In this document: positions 49,464 through 62,300 of the stretch, piece by piece
Numbering within the stretch: position 1 is the stretch's first letter
Layout of the letters: every line of letters begins with the position of its first letter
DNA from: Guillardia theta CCMP2712
Lineage: Eukaryota > Protista > Cryptophyta
DNA: 64,000 nucleotides
NCBI RefSeq assembly: GCF_000315625.1
Contig: NW_005434622.1
Span: forward strand, 1-64,000
Reading direction: 5' to 3'
The notes under the pieces: generated by a model
Database searches by the model: none
What the model saw: only the letters and a program-made list of their open reading frames with translations
What the model was told of the DNA's origin: nothing
Position numbers and translations under genes: made by a program

Positions 49464-51791
49464 CTAGGTAGGAACCTTCCCAGTCGACCATGGCACCCTC
49501 GCCCTTTCCACGCTGCGGCCTCTCATGCCGTTCCAGAAGGACTTGGCGTCCATCGGCTAGCGGGAGGTCAGAAACTGACAGGAAGCAGGAGCAGCGACCT
49601 TCTTGCCCGGTGGCTGAACTTCAATCGCATCCAACTGACTCCCGTCGTCGCAAGTGATCACCAACGCGTTCCCTGCTGCCTCGTTAGCGAGCAAGTGAAG
49701 GTGCGCGAGACGAATGAGGAGGGGAGGGAGAGAGAGGAAGGGATCGCAGATGGAGTTGGAGAAGGATGAGATCGAGATGGAAGGAAACAAAGAGGTGAAC
49801 AACTGGATCTGGACAAGGACGACAAGCATGGAAGCACGAGAGACCCTTGGGATCAAAATTGACGGCATGAACGCCTAGCACCGCTCCTCCTTGCTCTCGG
49901 CGGATCCTACTGGTAACGATCTTGACCTGCAGACGAGTCAGCTCAGCTCAGCTGGCAGCCCAGCAGGGCCCCTGACGTCATAGCCTCACCGTCATCTTCT
50001 CTTCGTCCGGGCAGCCGCTGTTGATGACAAGATCCATCGTCGTCCCCGGCCAACCGGCAAAGGCCCGCACCTTGTTCGAAATCAGTGAGGATACAGGAGC
50101 AGCAGCAACACTCACCCTGTTGTGCATGTACTTGGCGTTTTCCGTGAACCAAAGTTTGCTCTCCTCCTTGTTCATCTTAGCCGCGTACGTCGCTTCCTCG
50201 TCGTTCTGAGAGGAGCGTCAGGATTCAGCCCCAGCAGAGGATCGCACCTGTATGATGCATCCCGTTCCGTCCTGCTGGTACTTGCCCTCGAAGATGCCAG
50301 GAAGTGCAGACAGTAGGAGCTCACTGATCTCCTCATGAGCAGGAAGGAACAGCAGGAGGGAGGGGGAGGGACAAACAGAGGGAGGGAGCAGGGGGGGCAG
50401 GGCGGCAAGAGAGTCGAACCTTCCCCGGTCAAAGAGGATGGGCAGAAGCTGATCTGCCTTCTCGTCGCCTGTCAGAGGATACTCCTCCTGTGCGGCGATC
50501 AGGCTCGTCGACATGTCAGGGATCGTGACCTGGCGGATAATGGGACCCGCGTCCATCTCGAACTGGGTGAATAGAACGGACACTCCCGTCACTGCCGCAC
50601 AAACTTCAGCATCGCCCAGCTGACTCTCAGCCTCCCCACCAGCAACTCCATCCTCCAGCGCACGAGGAACGGGAGAGGCTCCACGGTACTTGGGAAGAAG
50701 AGAAGGATGGATGTTGACTGTGCCCAGCCTACCCGTACACGTCAGATGCTCGTTGCTGCGTGCGATCAAGACCTGGGGATTGTGAGGAATTTCTTGGTGA
50801 GGAACTGACCGTAGGCTGCGGTTATGCAGAGATCCGGGCTCAGACTCTATGAGTACTTGTTCAGACGTCGGTTGGAGGATGGGAGCCTCGCTCCCTCTCT
50901 CCCTCTCTCCCTCTCTCCCTCCTTCTCTCCCTCCATCTCTCCCTCCATCTCTCCCTCCATTCTCCATCTTCTCCCTCACACCCATGCTCCCTCCCCTCCT
51001 GACCTCCAGCTTCTCAAGAAACTCGGCCGAGTCTTCGAACTTCTTCATAATCCCTGTGGGGGTCCAGACCTGAACGCCTGCATCTTCACCCGCGAGATGC
51101 ACGGGACTCTTCTGCTCGTCAAGCGTGTCAGATGGACAAGAAAGAAAGATTCTCACATCGCATCGCATCGCATCGCATCGCATCACAGTGCGGTTACTCG
51201 CCTGCAGCTCCTTCTTTCTGTTCGCCTTCGCTGGCGGATTCGAGACCACGGCCGAGACCTCGAAGGTAGAATCTGGAGGAGGAGGGGTGGGAGTAAGTGA
51301 GCCGCTGAGCTGCTCCTGTGCTCCCTCCCCTCACCTGCTGCCTTTGATGCCTCGAAGATCTTTCGGAAGGCGATTGTTGCTACTTCTGGGGTCCCGAGGA
51401 ACACTACTTTCTTCTTGCCACCGTCACCGGCAAGCATGCTAAGGGTCCTTGCGACGCCAGGAACGCGCATGGCAGGACTCATGCGTTCTCTTGAGCTGAG
51501 GGAGCAACAGGAGGAAACGAGTCTCACTCCAGGAGCAAAACCAGAAACGAATCCCAAAAGATCCCCTCTGGATCCGCTGGGAGCTGGACATGGGAACAGA
51601 GTTGCTGGCGAGGATGGCGGGGCCATGATTGGTCTGAGAGAGGAAGAAGCGGAGGTCTGGAAGTTGCGAAGGGAGGAAGGAGGAGGAGGAGGATGAAACA
51701 GCCGCAGAGTCGCTTCCACGTCTCTCGCTTGTCGCGCCATTGTCGCTCCCACCCTCATCATCAGCATCCCTACCACAAACATCCTCGACAT
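49464..51791 (-). CDS. fmt: Organellar methionyl-tRNA formyltransferase, multi-exon
   Basis: KKVVFLGTPEVA, VVSNPPA, SPV, AAYG, VNIHPSLLPKYRGASPV, TGVSV, MDAGPI, ATYAAKM, VRAFAGWPG, EVQPPGKK, MDAKSFWNG. Long targeting-like N-terminus. Confidence 0.92.
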
Positions 51792-52048
51792 GTCGGCCTC
51801 GCAATCCACCCCTTACCCCTGTGTTTGGGCTACTACCCCACCAAATTTGTACCCTACCCTTCAATATCATACAATTTTCCTTTGCAGTTGCTTTTGAATT
51901 CCCCCGAAGAATTGGACCCACCCCTATCCCTACGTACCCCCCACCTTTCGTAGACCTTGAACATATTTCGGCCCTCATACCGTCGATGAGACACATAAAC
52001 GAAGGCAGCGTAGTTGATAGTATGGTTGGGCGACGAAGGAAGAGGAGG

Positions 52049-52078
52049 CGGGGGGGGGGGGGGGGGGGGGGGGGGGGG
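52049..52078. repeat. Poly-G run (about 30 nt) between the divergent fmt and GST genes
   Basis: Directly visible. Confidence 0.9.
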
Positions 52079-52236
52079 ATTGGAAAAATTGCAAACATGA
52101 GTTTGTGCCAGCATGTTATGGTTGAAGAACCAGTGATGCGGAAAATAGATCCAAACGAGAAGAAAAGATTGAGAGACGGGAAGGTTTAAATTCCAGAGCT
52201 TTGCTTTGCTGATGGAGTCTCTCATTTCCTCTGTCT

Positions 52237-54090
52237 ATGATTAGACACAAAGCCATCGCTTGCTGTTTGACTGATGGCTATCTTTTAGTTTCACACCCTG
52301 CCGCTCGGATCTTTTTCTTCGTCTCGGCTGCTCTGGATGATTTCGCGATTTCCGCGAGACATTGCGCGACGTTCGGGACGACTTCCTTTGTTTTGTGCTC
52401 AGCTGTACCCGCTGCTTGCCATTGTTAGTTTGCAGGTCAGCCAGGCGTTTCACGTGGCTGGGCGGCCAGTTCCATTCAAGTCGCTCAAGTTCGCGGCTCT
52501 CAGTCGCCTCTCAAGACCCCCAAGGTCGAGACTGCCTGACTTCCTCCTGTCCTTCTCCTCCAGTGACCCCTGGCTCAGGACGAGACCTCTCGCGATCTTG
52601 GCTCAGTTTGGAGGCTTGGTGGAGGGGATGGACAAGTTCTTGCGAGGAGGAGGAGAGTCCAGCTCTGACGACCCGAACTCACCGTGGAAGGACCAGGCGC
52701 CGAGCTGGGAAGACCTGCAGCAGAAGGTGACTTGTGCTCGCCCTCTCGTCCGTGACGCCCCTGCTGTGCTCTAGCTCGCGAGCCTGCAGACGGCGGAGGA
52801 ACGAAGCTGGCCGAGCGTGGTGGCGAGCGGACGAGGACCAGCAAACCATCAGGCGAGTGTTCGTCTGTTCGAGGCCTCGGACGACACGGAGCCTCGGGTG
52901 ATCCTGTATCGAGACAAGGCAGCCTGGTGTCCGTACTGCGAGAAGGTATGGCTTCATCTAGAGGAGAAGAGAGTACCGTATCGTGTGGAGAAGGTCAACA
53001 TGAGATGCTACGGTGACAAGCCCGACTGGTTCATGAGGATGCAGCCGAGCGGAGGGATTCCTGTAGCCAAGATCGACGGGCAGGTGATCACCGAGTCAAA
53101 CGACATCATGCAGACTCTCGAAGACGTCTTTCCTCAGAACCCCATGCTCCCTGCCAGCTCCGACCCGCAGGCCCCTCGAGTTGGGAAGCTGCTGAGGCTA
53201 GAGCGACAGATCTTTAGCTCCTGGTTCCGCTGGTTGGTCTCTCCGTCTCGCTTTGGAGACTCGCAGCAGATCAATTTCGAGTCTCTCCTCTCCCAAGTCG
53301 ACGAGGAGCTCAAGGAAGCTAATGACATCGCTGTGGCTAACGGGCATAAAGAGGGACGCTTCTTCCTTGGAGACAGGATCAGTTTGGTCGATTTCATGTT
53401 CGCTCCCTTCCTGGAGCGCATGGCGGCGTCAGTTCCCTACTACAAGGGGCTGGTTATCCGTGACCCTGCGCGCTGGCCACACGTAGAGCTGTGGTTCAAA
53501 GCCATGGAGGAGCGGGACTCGTTCAAGGGGATTCAGAGCGACTACTACACGCACTGTCATGATCTTCCTCCTCAGATCGGAAACTGCTTCTCTCACCCTG
53601 AGGCTGAGAAGTACCGCAAGGAGATCGACGGTGAGCTCTGGCGCCTGCCAGTCAGACAGGGCATCGAGCCCTTGAACGCAGGAGCTGACATGGCGCGACG
53701 AGAGGCTGCGGCGCGAGTGATTGAGAACAGAGACAAACTTGTTCCCTTCTGCCTGCGAGCCGTGGGAGCTAGGGGCTCACCTCGCGTGTCTGCTCCGCTC
53801 TCAGACCCCAACGCCAAGCCCGATCTGAGGTTCACCCAGCAGGTGTAGGCACTAAGGCCCGCAAACTTTTCTGACGCTGCTAGCAGATGGACGCGGCGCT
53901 CAGGCATCTGGTGGACGCCATGCTCATGGAGGCTGCTGACTTCTCTCGACTGTCCCCAGGCTTGCCCAGCAGCTCCATCAAGAAGGGGCTCACGTATCTT
54001 CGTGACCGTGTTTCCGTTCCCCGGGATATGTCGTTTGCTGCTGCTCAGCAGCTACGCGCACACTTGAACGAGCTGGCGAACGCGCTCTGA
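52237..54090 (+). CDS. Glutathione S-transferase (CPYC-type) with bipartite plastid-type leader, multi-exon
   Basis: LYRDKAAWCPYCEKVWLHLEEK, NMRCYGDKP, ITESNDI, SDYYTHCHDLPPQIG, YLRDRVSVPRDMS. Leader ...LLAIVSLQVSQA-FH. Start uncertain. Confidence 0.88.
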
Positions 54091-54201
54091 AAGAGATCCT
54101 TCTCACGAGGAGTCTCAACTCATGAGTGGGTCGCTTAACAAATACAAATTAAAAAAAGCGCACTTCAAATTAAAGTCATAGCGATGACAAAAAGCTTGAC
54201 T

Positions 54202-55259
54202 TCACTTCTTCTTCTCCGAAGTCATGGTATCACTCAGCGAGTTTTGTTTCGCAGTACAGAACTGGCAGCAGTTAGACTCAGCGGCAGGCCTCAAGGTCAA
54301 GGGCTTACTCTGCAATGGCACGTATGCCCGAGCTTCAAGTGATATCGTACCATATGATCGAATTCATCCTGAAGTAGGTAAGTGATCTCAATTTTCGCAA
54401 ATGACAATTACAAAGTCGACTTTCCCGTCGCCATCCTTGCCACATGTATGTCAGGATGCATATGAGAGAAGCAAACGAAGTCCCCTTACCACATCAAACT
54501 CAGACAAGAATGTATCGATCTCTTCTTCCGAAGGACGCTCACTGAGCTCCGACATGGCGCAACACAACTCTTGGCTGTGAGTCAGAAATCAGAATCAGGT
54601 CACCCAGGATCCAAGGTGATTTGCACCGATCGAGATAAAGATTCTTATCCTTGTCAAAATAGTCGAATTTTCTTTTCAGCTCCTCGTCAAACTGATAAAA
54701 AACAGTTGAGCAGGAGGCATGAGAGAGAGAAAAGTGCAGCTTACCTCAGTGGGGTGAAGATGCAGCAGTTTCTTGAAATATTCAGAAAGCGTCGCTCCCA
54801 TACTCTGACGAATCCTGCATCAAAGTGAGGAACCAGAGAAAGAGTCCCAGACGGCTGCCTCTGAGTCTCTTGGATGGTTCCCTTCATCTCTGCCAGGCCC
54901 TTGGGTGTCAACGAAAGTAGCATCGAGACAAGAGTCCTCACCATCCTTGACCGACGAAAGTCTCTCAAAGATTGCTTCCTGCTCGGGCGGAAGGTTCCAT
55001 CCGGACGAACTTGTCCTTCTCACTCCACTACCAGGATCCGTCGGCACTCGAGTGAAGGTTTCAGCAGCAGGAGGGTGGTTGTGATGAACAGGTTCTTCCG
55101 AAAGCATCAGTTCCGATGGAATGGTGTGACTTGTCGCTTACCATCATTCTTGTAGACCGAGGCAATGATTCCTGAGTTTCTCCTTGCAGACCCAGCATGG
55201 GATTGATTTGATCCAGAAGATGTAGTTCTGATAAACCCTTCGTGGTGATGACCAGACAT
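54202..55259 (-). CDS. EF-hand protein, multi-exon
   Basis: Spliced C-terminus ...RPSEEEIDTFLSEFDV|DGDGKVDF|DEFDHMV... Low-complexity N-terminus. Confidence 0.6.
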
Positions 55260-56459
55260 GGACTTGGACACTGTTGAACTTCTCAGTCAGGTACCACCGT
55301 TGAAATCAATTCTCCAGCACGAGACACCCTCAAACATTCTGTGACATCTCTCAAATATGTCGGAATTATTCTGCAGTCTCTGACGACTTACCAATCACTT
55401 CCTGCCCTCTCCACCAAGGAGTAGTGAACTGTGTCTTTGTGGTCTGACCCTCACCTATCTGGTATGACTCGATACCAATCTTTGTCTCTGATCCTTTCTA
55501 GAGCTCACGCTGTATCACCTCGCCTCGTTCGATACCAATGAGTGTCCCTCCACCCGTCTTTACCTTGTTCTCCTCCTTCGCCAGAGAACTTCAAGATTTT
55601 ACGATCCACCATCCACTTCTTCTCCCTCCCAACCCTCTCCCTGTCCCCCTTGCCCCTCTCCCTAACCCAACCATTCTTCGGCCTCCTGCCTCACTCCACA
55701 TCTGCTTGCTGCACCTACTATTCCCTCTCATTTCGCCCTTCCTCCTTTCCTTGCATGAGGGGCTCTCTCTCGCTCTCTTCTTCCTGCTGAGATCGAGGTT
55801 TCTCTTCCTCTTTCCCGCCAGCTCTCGTCCTCTCCAGCCTCCTTCACAACCACTGAGCGGTTCAGCCGCCCATGGATCAGAGGCACAAGGGTGGAGAAGT
55901 TCAGGGGGGGAGGGGGTACTGGGATTCCATGCTTGACTCGTCGGAACAGGGTGGGTAGCCCTGGCTAGCGTGTTGGGGTACTCGGCCCCTGAGTTGGTGG
56001 GGTAAAGGGGGTAGGGTGCTACAGATTATTCGGATGCCAGGGTGGTATATTTTTTCAGGTAGGTCCGGGTCAGTGGGGAGGCCCTCGGAGGGGGTCATGG
56101 ACCGGTTCTTCGCAGGGGTGCGGCCCCTCAGGGCCAACTCTAGGAGGCTACTCCTTGCAAGGAGGTGGGTACCAGAGGTTGCAAGGGCCCACGGGGGTGG
56201 GAATACTTGCATGTTTGAAATTTAAGGTCATGAAGACAAATATGGCTCTGATTATTCAAATGTAGATGTTGAAGATTCGATTCTCGATCAAATATTCACA
56301 GTATCTCTCCTCTAAATAAAAATTCAGTCATCAAGGCAGCCCCTACCAACCCCCAGTCAGCATTTGCTAATCTTAGCCTCCGAAACCCCCGCTAAAATCA
56401 GATATAAATATAGGGGGTCGCAACTACCTCGCTCCCCGTTGGCATCTTAACGGCTCCCT

Positions 56460-56880
56460 TATCACTGCCGCGGTCTCAGTGCCATGCCACCGTGACGCCG
56501 ACCCACAATGATGGGAGGGCCGCCGGCCGGGCGGCCGGCAAACGGCGCTGGACTCGCGGCCCGTGCTACTAAGAGTAACCTACGGTACTTCACTTTGAGT
56601 AAAGGGCCGCTAAGTACTTTGAGTCATTGCCGTATGGTAGTACGTGATAAGCCTAGTACGCCGCGGCCCGGGCCCCGGTGGTGCCGGGCCCCACTGCCAG
56701 AACTTGACGGTCTGACACTGAGTGGCCCGGCAAGGAAGTTGGCCCTGACTCGGACCGTATACTTTACTCAAAGTATACCGTAGTACGGTACGGCGGCGCC
56801 CGGCCCGCGGCCGGGCCGGGCCGGGCCCGGACCCGGCGCCGGTACTGTTTTCACCGAGGCGGGCCCGTCTCGAATCTGCT
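56460..56880. promoter_or_regulatory. GC-rich island with element variants in both orientations
   Basis: acttcactttgagtaaa at 56587-56603, actttgagt at about 56616, and hairpin gtatactttactcaaagtatac at 56757-56778. Confidence 0.5.
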
Positions 56881-58069
56881 GCTCTCATCACCCCCGACAA
56901 GCCTAGGGTATCATGAGGGTGGTCTGTGGAGAATTGGGGGTGGGGTAGGGGCAGGCTCGGATATTTCCGGCAGACAATGTTCTCAGGGCTTGTGGCGGTC
57001 AACAGCTTGAAATGGTGAGAGGAGGAGAGGAGGAGAAGAGAAGAGAGGAGGAGAAGAGAAGACAAGGAGAACATCGCGATAAGAGAGTTACTAGAGCTCA
57101 GTCTGCGAAGACGAAGATGGAGGGGAGAGCAAAACTTACGAGAAGCGTAGCGAAGGGGCAAGGTAGCATGGAGACGTGGGGTTGAGCAGGTCGGTGGAAC
57201 GAGTTGGCGATAGAAAGCGCAGATGCAAAATGGGAAGGAAGATGGAGAGCGATGTTGACCAGGAACCCAGGAATGGTTGGTAGGTGTGTGCGAACATCGA
57301 TTCCAAGATTTGCTCCAAAGATTTTCATGAAAGTAATCAGAGAAAACAATAGATCGGTTAGATGACCCTTGTGCAATGTGAGGGTAGAAAGGACCTATGT
57401 TCATATAATATCAGGATGCGCATCCTTCGATAACCTGTGTTCCCCCTTGAATTCATTCGCAAATCACAGGTGGGATCATGGATCAGCTGAGTTGTACAAT
57501 GGAGATGACAGGTGAAACACAAGAATGACATCAAAGACAGAAATCGTTGAATGTTTGATTGCAGCTACATCTCATCGTTCAAGTACAAGCCTGTCTACTC
57601 TCACACCGACAAGGAGAACAAGGAAGGGGATTCTTCCTTGTATGCCAACAGGTTGATCCGGGATGACTTTCTACAGTCTGATTGTTATTGGCAGTTTTCA
57701 GAGCAAGAAGAAGCAATCGGAGTACTAAAGCGTCTTGGCAACATCTGCTGAGATGAAGTGAGAAGGATGTGGTGGAGTTAGATCTTTAAGGGTAGTTTTT
57801 CATTTCAAATCAATAATTTGGAAGACTGTGAGTGACGTTGCGGAATTGGAGATGTTGAGAATTTGGAGTCTGAACGCGACTGAAACCCTTAAGCTGAAAA
57901 CATCAAGACTGCGCTGCTGATAGCTCCACACGCCTGTATGCATGTGCAACCGCCCAGCTCGTCCTTGTTGTTATGACAGTGTTGAAACCTCACAGTTGGT
58001 TCCTGTTGAGTCGAGATAGATAGGATTCCTTGAGGTTATCGGACTGATCGCAATCGTCTTGAGCGCGAA

Positions 58070-59234
58070 TCATTGCAGAGAAGCAAGATCGGCACGAACT
58101 CTCTCCATGCGGTGAATCTCAAATCTTATCCACCGCTCCATGTCCTGCAACCGTTCAGCATAAGTATCAAATGCTCTATGGGAAGAGAGTGGGAGGAAAA
58201 TCAAGCACAGACAGGAGCATGCGCAATGACGCGCAAGCACAAGGCACGGACAAGGAAGGGGAAGGAGAATGACCTCGGCCTCGTGGCTCTTTTCCAGGTA
58301 TCTGCTCGGCTTGATCTGCATGCCTCGGTATACGAGATATCTGGAAGAGCATTAGAAGAGGAGGAGGATGCGACGCAGAAGCACATGGAAGGATAGGAGT
58401 CGAACTGAATCATCTTGGACCACCTCGCCGGGATCTGCAAAGAGAGTAAGGGGAGAAGAGAGGAAGGGAGGAGAGCGAGGAAAGGAGGAGGAAGGCGGGA
58501 GGGAGAAGGCGGGAGGGTGCATCTGAGTAGGAGACACCTTATTTTGGTAACCGTCCATCCTGGCCAGCTTGATTGGTCCTGGATTGGTCCACGAGTTTGG
58601 ATCTGGAAACACAATGAGTCATTGCGACAATGCGATGGGGGAGAGGGAGAGGAGGGGAGACGGGGAGGAGGAAGGAAGAGCGGCCGTACCTCGGGTCTTC
58701 TCCTTCTCACGCAGGAAATGTGCCAAGGCATTGAACTTGGGAGTTGAGAAGTCAGAGGAAGCGACTCACGAAAGAAGATGGGGAGAGGAAGGAGACGGGT
58801 GAGAAAAGGAGAAAGGAGAGAAAGGAGAACAAGAGGAGCAGGAAAAAGGAAAAGTGGAGGTGCTGGAAGGGAGAAAGGGCTGGGGCGATGAGGCGGGTTT
58901 TAGAAGGAGGGAGGGAGAGGGAGGACGAAAGGGAGGGAGACAGAGAGGGAGGGAGGGAGAAGGCAGGGAACCTTTGGTTCAAATTGACGGCAATGAGGGC
59001 AAGAAGGATCGTAAATCTCCAGCAGTAAGTTCTACCGTCACGATCGATCAATGAGGAAGCAGACCTGGGGCTCTAAATTGCGACAATGGGGACACCAAGG
59101 GGCGTAGATCTCCAAGAGAATATGCTACAAAGATCGGCAAGAGGATGTGAGGAGGAAGACGATGGTAAGGATGATGATGATGATGGTAAGGATGACGATG
59201 ATGATGGTAAGGATGATGATGATGATGGTGATGG

Positions 59235-59303
<69 letters not shown>

Positions 59304-62300
59304 GCAACGGGAGGAGGAGGAGGTCGAGGCGAATAATGATGATTGAGGTGAAAATGATCATAATGAATGGAGGATTGAGATCGAAGAGGTGTGACTTGAA
59401 GGAGAAAGGAGCGAGTGTGGGCAGCACAAGGAGATGACGATTCGCAAGTCCATCAGCGAATTGTCGAGTTCAGGAAGTAGAGATGGTCTTGGTGGTAGTG
59501 GAGGAGGGTGATGAAGAGGACGAAGAGGAAGAGGAAGGCAAAACAAGTTGTCAACCTTGGTGCTCTTCACCACCTCCTCTTCGAAGTTCTCCTCAGTGAC
59601 CTAACGCAAAAGATCAGCGCGGAATGAAACCGGGAGAGCATGAAGAATCAGATCAAGTAAGAAGAGACTGGAGCATCTAGGAACGATGACAAGGAGTGGA
59701 GGAGAGGGGAGGAGGGCCAATAGCTACCTGAGTGATTCCTGCTTCCTTTGCTCGTCGTAGGGCTCCTTGTTCCCACACATACCCTTCTCGACTCGTCAGT
59801 AGCCTGATCCACCTCTCTCCCTCCCTCTCCCTCTCCCTCTCTCCTTCCCCTTTTCCTTTCCTGTTTTCTTCGCCTCTCCACTCTTTTTCGCTCCCCATCA
59901 TCACCACGGCCACAAACACATCAGCACATTCCATCCTTCTTCTCCCACCCCCCCCCCCCCCCCCCCCCCCCCGGCCTCTTTCCCCTCCTTCCTGCTCTTT
60001 CTCCCCCTTCTCTCGTCCAAGTCCCACCTGCCCGGACTCGCTCCGCCTGCTTCATCATTCCCTCCATCGACTGCAGCCAGTCAAGGAGAATACGCAAGGA
60101 GAGGTTGGGGAGGAGGTGACGAAGAATAGCAAGAGGAGGAAGTGAGGAAGGGATGGGAGGAGGAGGAGTAGGAGGATATCATTGTGGTGGAGGAGGAGAG
60201 GACACCTCCGCATGCTGCGAGTGGTGGATGCCGCACTCAGTCCTGTTCTCTCCCAGCCATCTCCCAGCTCTCTCACCCTATCAGGGCAGGTCAGAGGCAA
60301 GGAGAGAAAGTCAGGAGCTACTGGCAAAAGAGGATGGGTGGTAGGAAAGAGGACAGGGAGTAAAAACGAGAAGAAATGTGATGGGAGCAGGATGGATGGA
60401 GGAAAACCATTTCTGGAGTCGCCTTTGCAGTCGACATCTCATCCCCGATGGAAAAATATCCCTGCAACAAAGATCGGCTCTCCGTCTTCTTCTCCTTCTC
60501 CTTCTTCTGCTCCTCTCCTGCTGACCTGATCGTGCAACTTGTTGTAGGGGATCTGATTTCTCGTCACGTACTCCCACACATCTTCCCTGCAAGGAGGAGG
60601 TCAGGAGCAGGAGGAGAGGCGGAGAGGCGGTAACCTGCTCCAATGCGTCAGAGGGTTAATCTTTAGCCTTCCGTCCCCCTTGTCTATCTCGAAGAGCTTG
60701 AGAAACTGTCGCTCCCCCCCTGCTCGCAGATTAGCACCAATATGGCCGACTATGCAAACAGAACCTTGCGATCGCCTCCTGCCTGTGATCCAAGCCACGA
60801 TCTGTCGACATATCAGGCACATACCAGCATCCCATCATCGTCATCATCTCAATCAACAGTCATGCATTTCTCATCCACAAACTTTCTTCATGCACAAAAG
60901 TTTCAGACCCTCAGTTCGTTGAGCGCTCGTTTCATGGGCTCGATCTTGGAAACAAAGTCGTACAGCAGCGGGTCTCCGCGGTAGAGTTTGCTCCCTTCAA
61001 TCAACACTCAGTCAAGGCCCGGAAGGATAGCACGGAGCTCGCGTACCATATTTCGTCTCGAACTCTTTCCTAGTGGTTGCATGCTTGCAGCGGTACACCT
61101 TCAGCTTGTCCAGGTGATAATGTGCCTTCGCCTGCAGCCCCTACGTGTCAGCGCAACACTGGCGAGGGCCGTCAGCTCAGAGCAGCTGACCTTGTCTATC
61201 AGGTCGTAAGTCTCGGGGAAGAGATGTAGAGTGTCAATAGTGACGACTTCCGCTCGGTGAATGAGTTTCTCTTTGACGAGAATGTCGGTAATGACAAGTC
61301 CAGACAGGCCGAAACTTGTAACCTGACGGAGACAACAAATCGAATCAAAAGAGCATCACCGATCACAGTGCTCGTTTCAAGTCTTCGAGTTTGAAAACAT
61401 GGCCCTGCACATCAACAAAGACGTCTCGATCCCAACTTCCATCCCTCCTTCACTCTGCACCCCCAACACACTGAGGAGGCAGTGAACAATCATGTTCGCA
61501 GCAATTCGACACAACAAAACTTCACAACATCATCATAATATCAGCATCGTACTTGCGCCCATCGTCGTCGCGGCAGGACCCGAGCAGCCCACTTCAAGAC
61601 CTCAACAGGCTGCTGGGAGATCGGAAGGGCGCCAAACTGATCTGATGTCAGAGAGAGAGGAGGAGACAACGAGAGAGGAGGAGACCTTCGAGTTCAAGAA
61701 GTCTATGGCGTCCGAAAGGGTCGATGTCCCCGTGTCCTCGAGCTGCAGTTGAGTGAGAAGAGAGCAGGTTCTGTTCTTCCTCGTACCACTTCCAGCAACT
61801 CCGACGTGACAACCCCAGTTTGCTTCGCATGCTTCCTGACATGGTCGTTCGATCCGCTTTGCAAGCCTGAGCAGCGTCAAGTACGGCTCTTGACCCTTCA
61901 CTGGTATGTCCTCTCACCTGTGCCGAAGGTGTGCGAGTGAAAGTTTACTTGATACCTTGATAATTGTTACACCCCATCGATACCCGGATCCGCCCTCACT
62001 GCTCATCGTCGCCCGAGACTGACACCCACTTATACAGAGAGGATAGGGCCAACAGACTGTGAGTTGGAATCACACGGGAGGAAGGCTAGCACGGCACACA
62101 GTCTTGTTACCACAGCCCCACCGCAATGCACACTTTGAAGATCCACCTACCACCAGGCAGTGAGACGCTTCTCCACGCAAAGATTCGCAGAGGAGAACAT
62201 GTCGGCATCAGTGTCATCATAAGTTAGGAGCTCTCACCATCGGTTCCCATATCTCCTCATCCCCAAAAGCTTCTCCATCTTTGCAGTCCGCTTTTTCCAT

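Noticed and set aside
57478-58060. Possible small plus-strand spliced gene
   Set aside because: Splice-like signals are present but there is no coherent reading frame or recognisable motif.
59086-59437. Poly-D, poly-I and poly-M ORFs
   Set aside because: They are translations of an intronic (GAT)n microsatellite in the reductase gene.
61860-62150. Possible HMA-like domain at the reductase N-terminus (GCGNKT, DPGIDGV fragments)
   Set aside because: I could not build a consistent spliced frame by eye; left as unresolved 5' exons.
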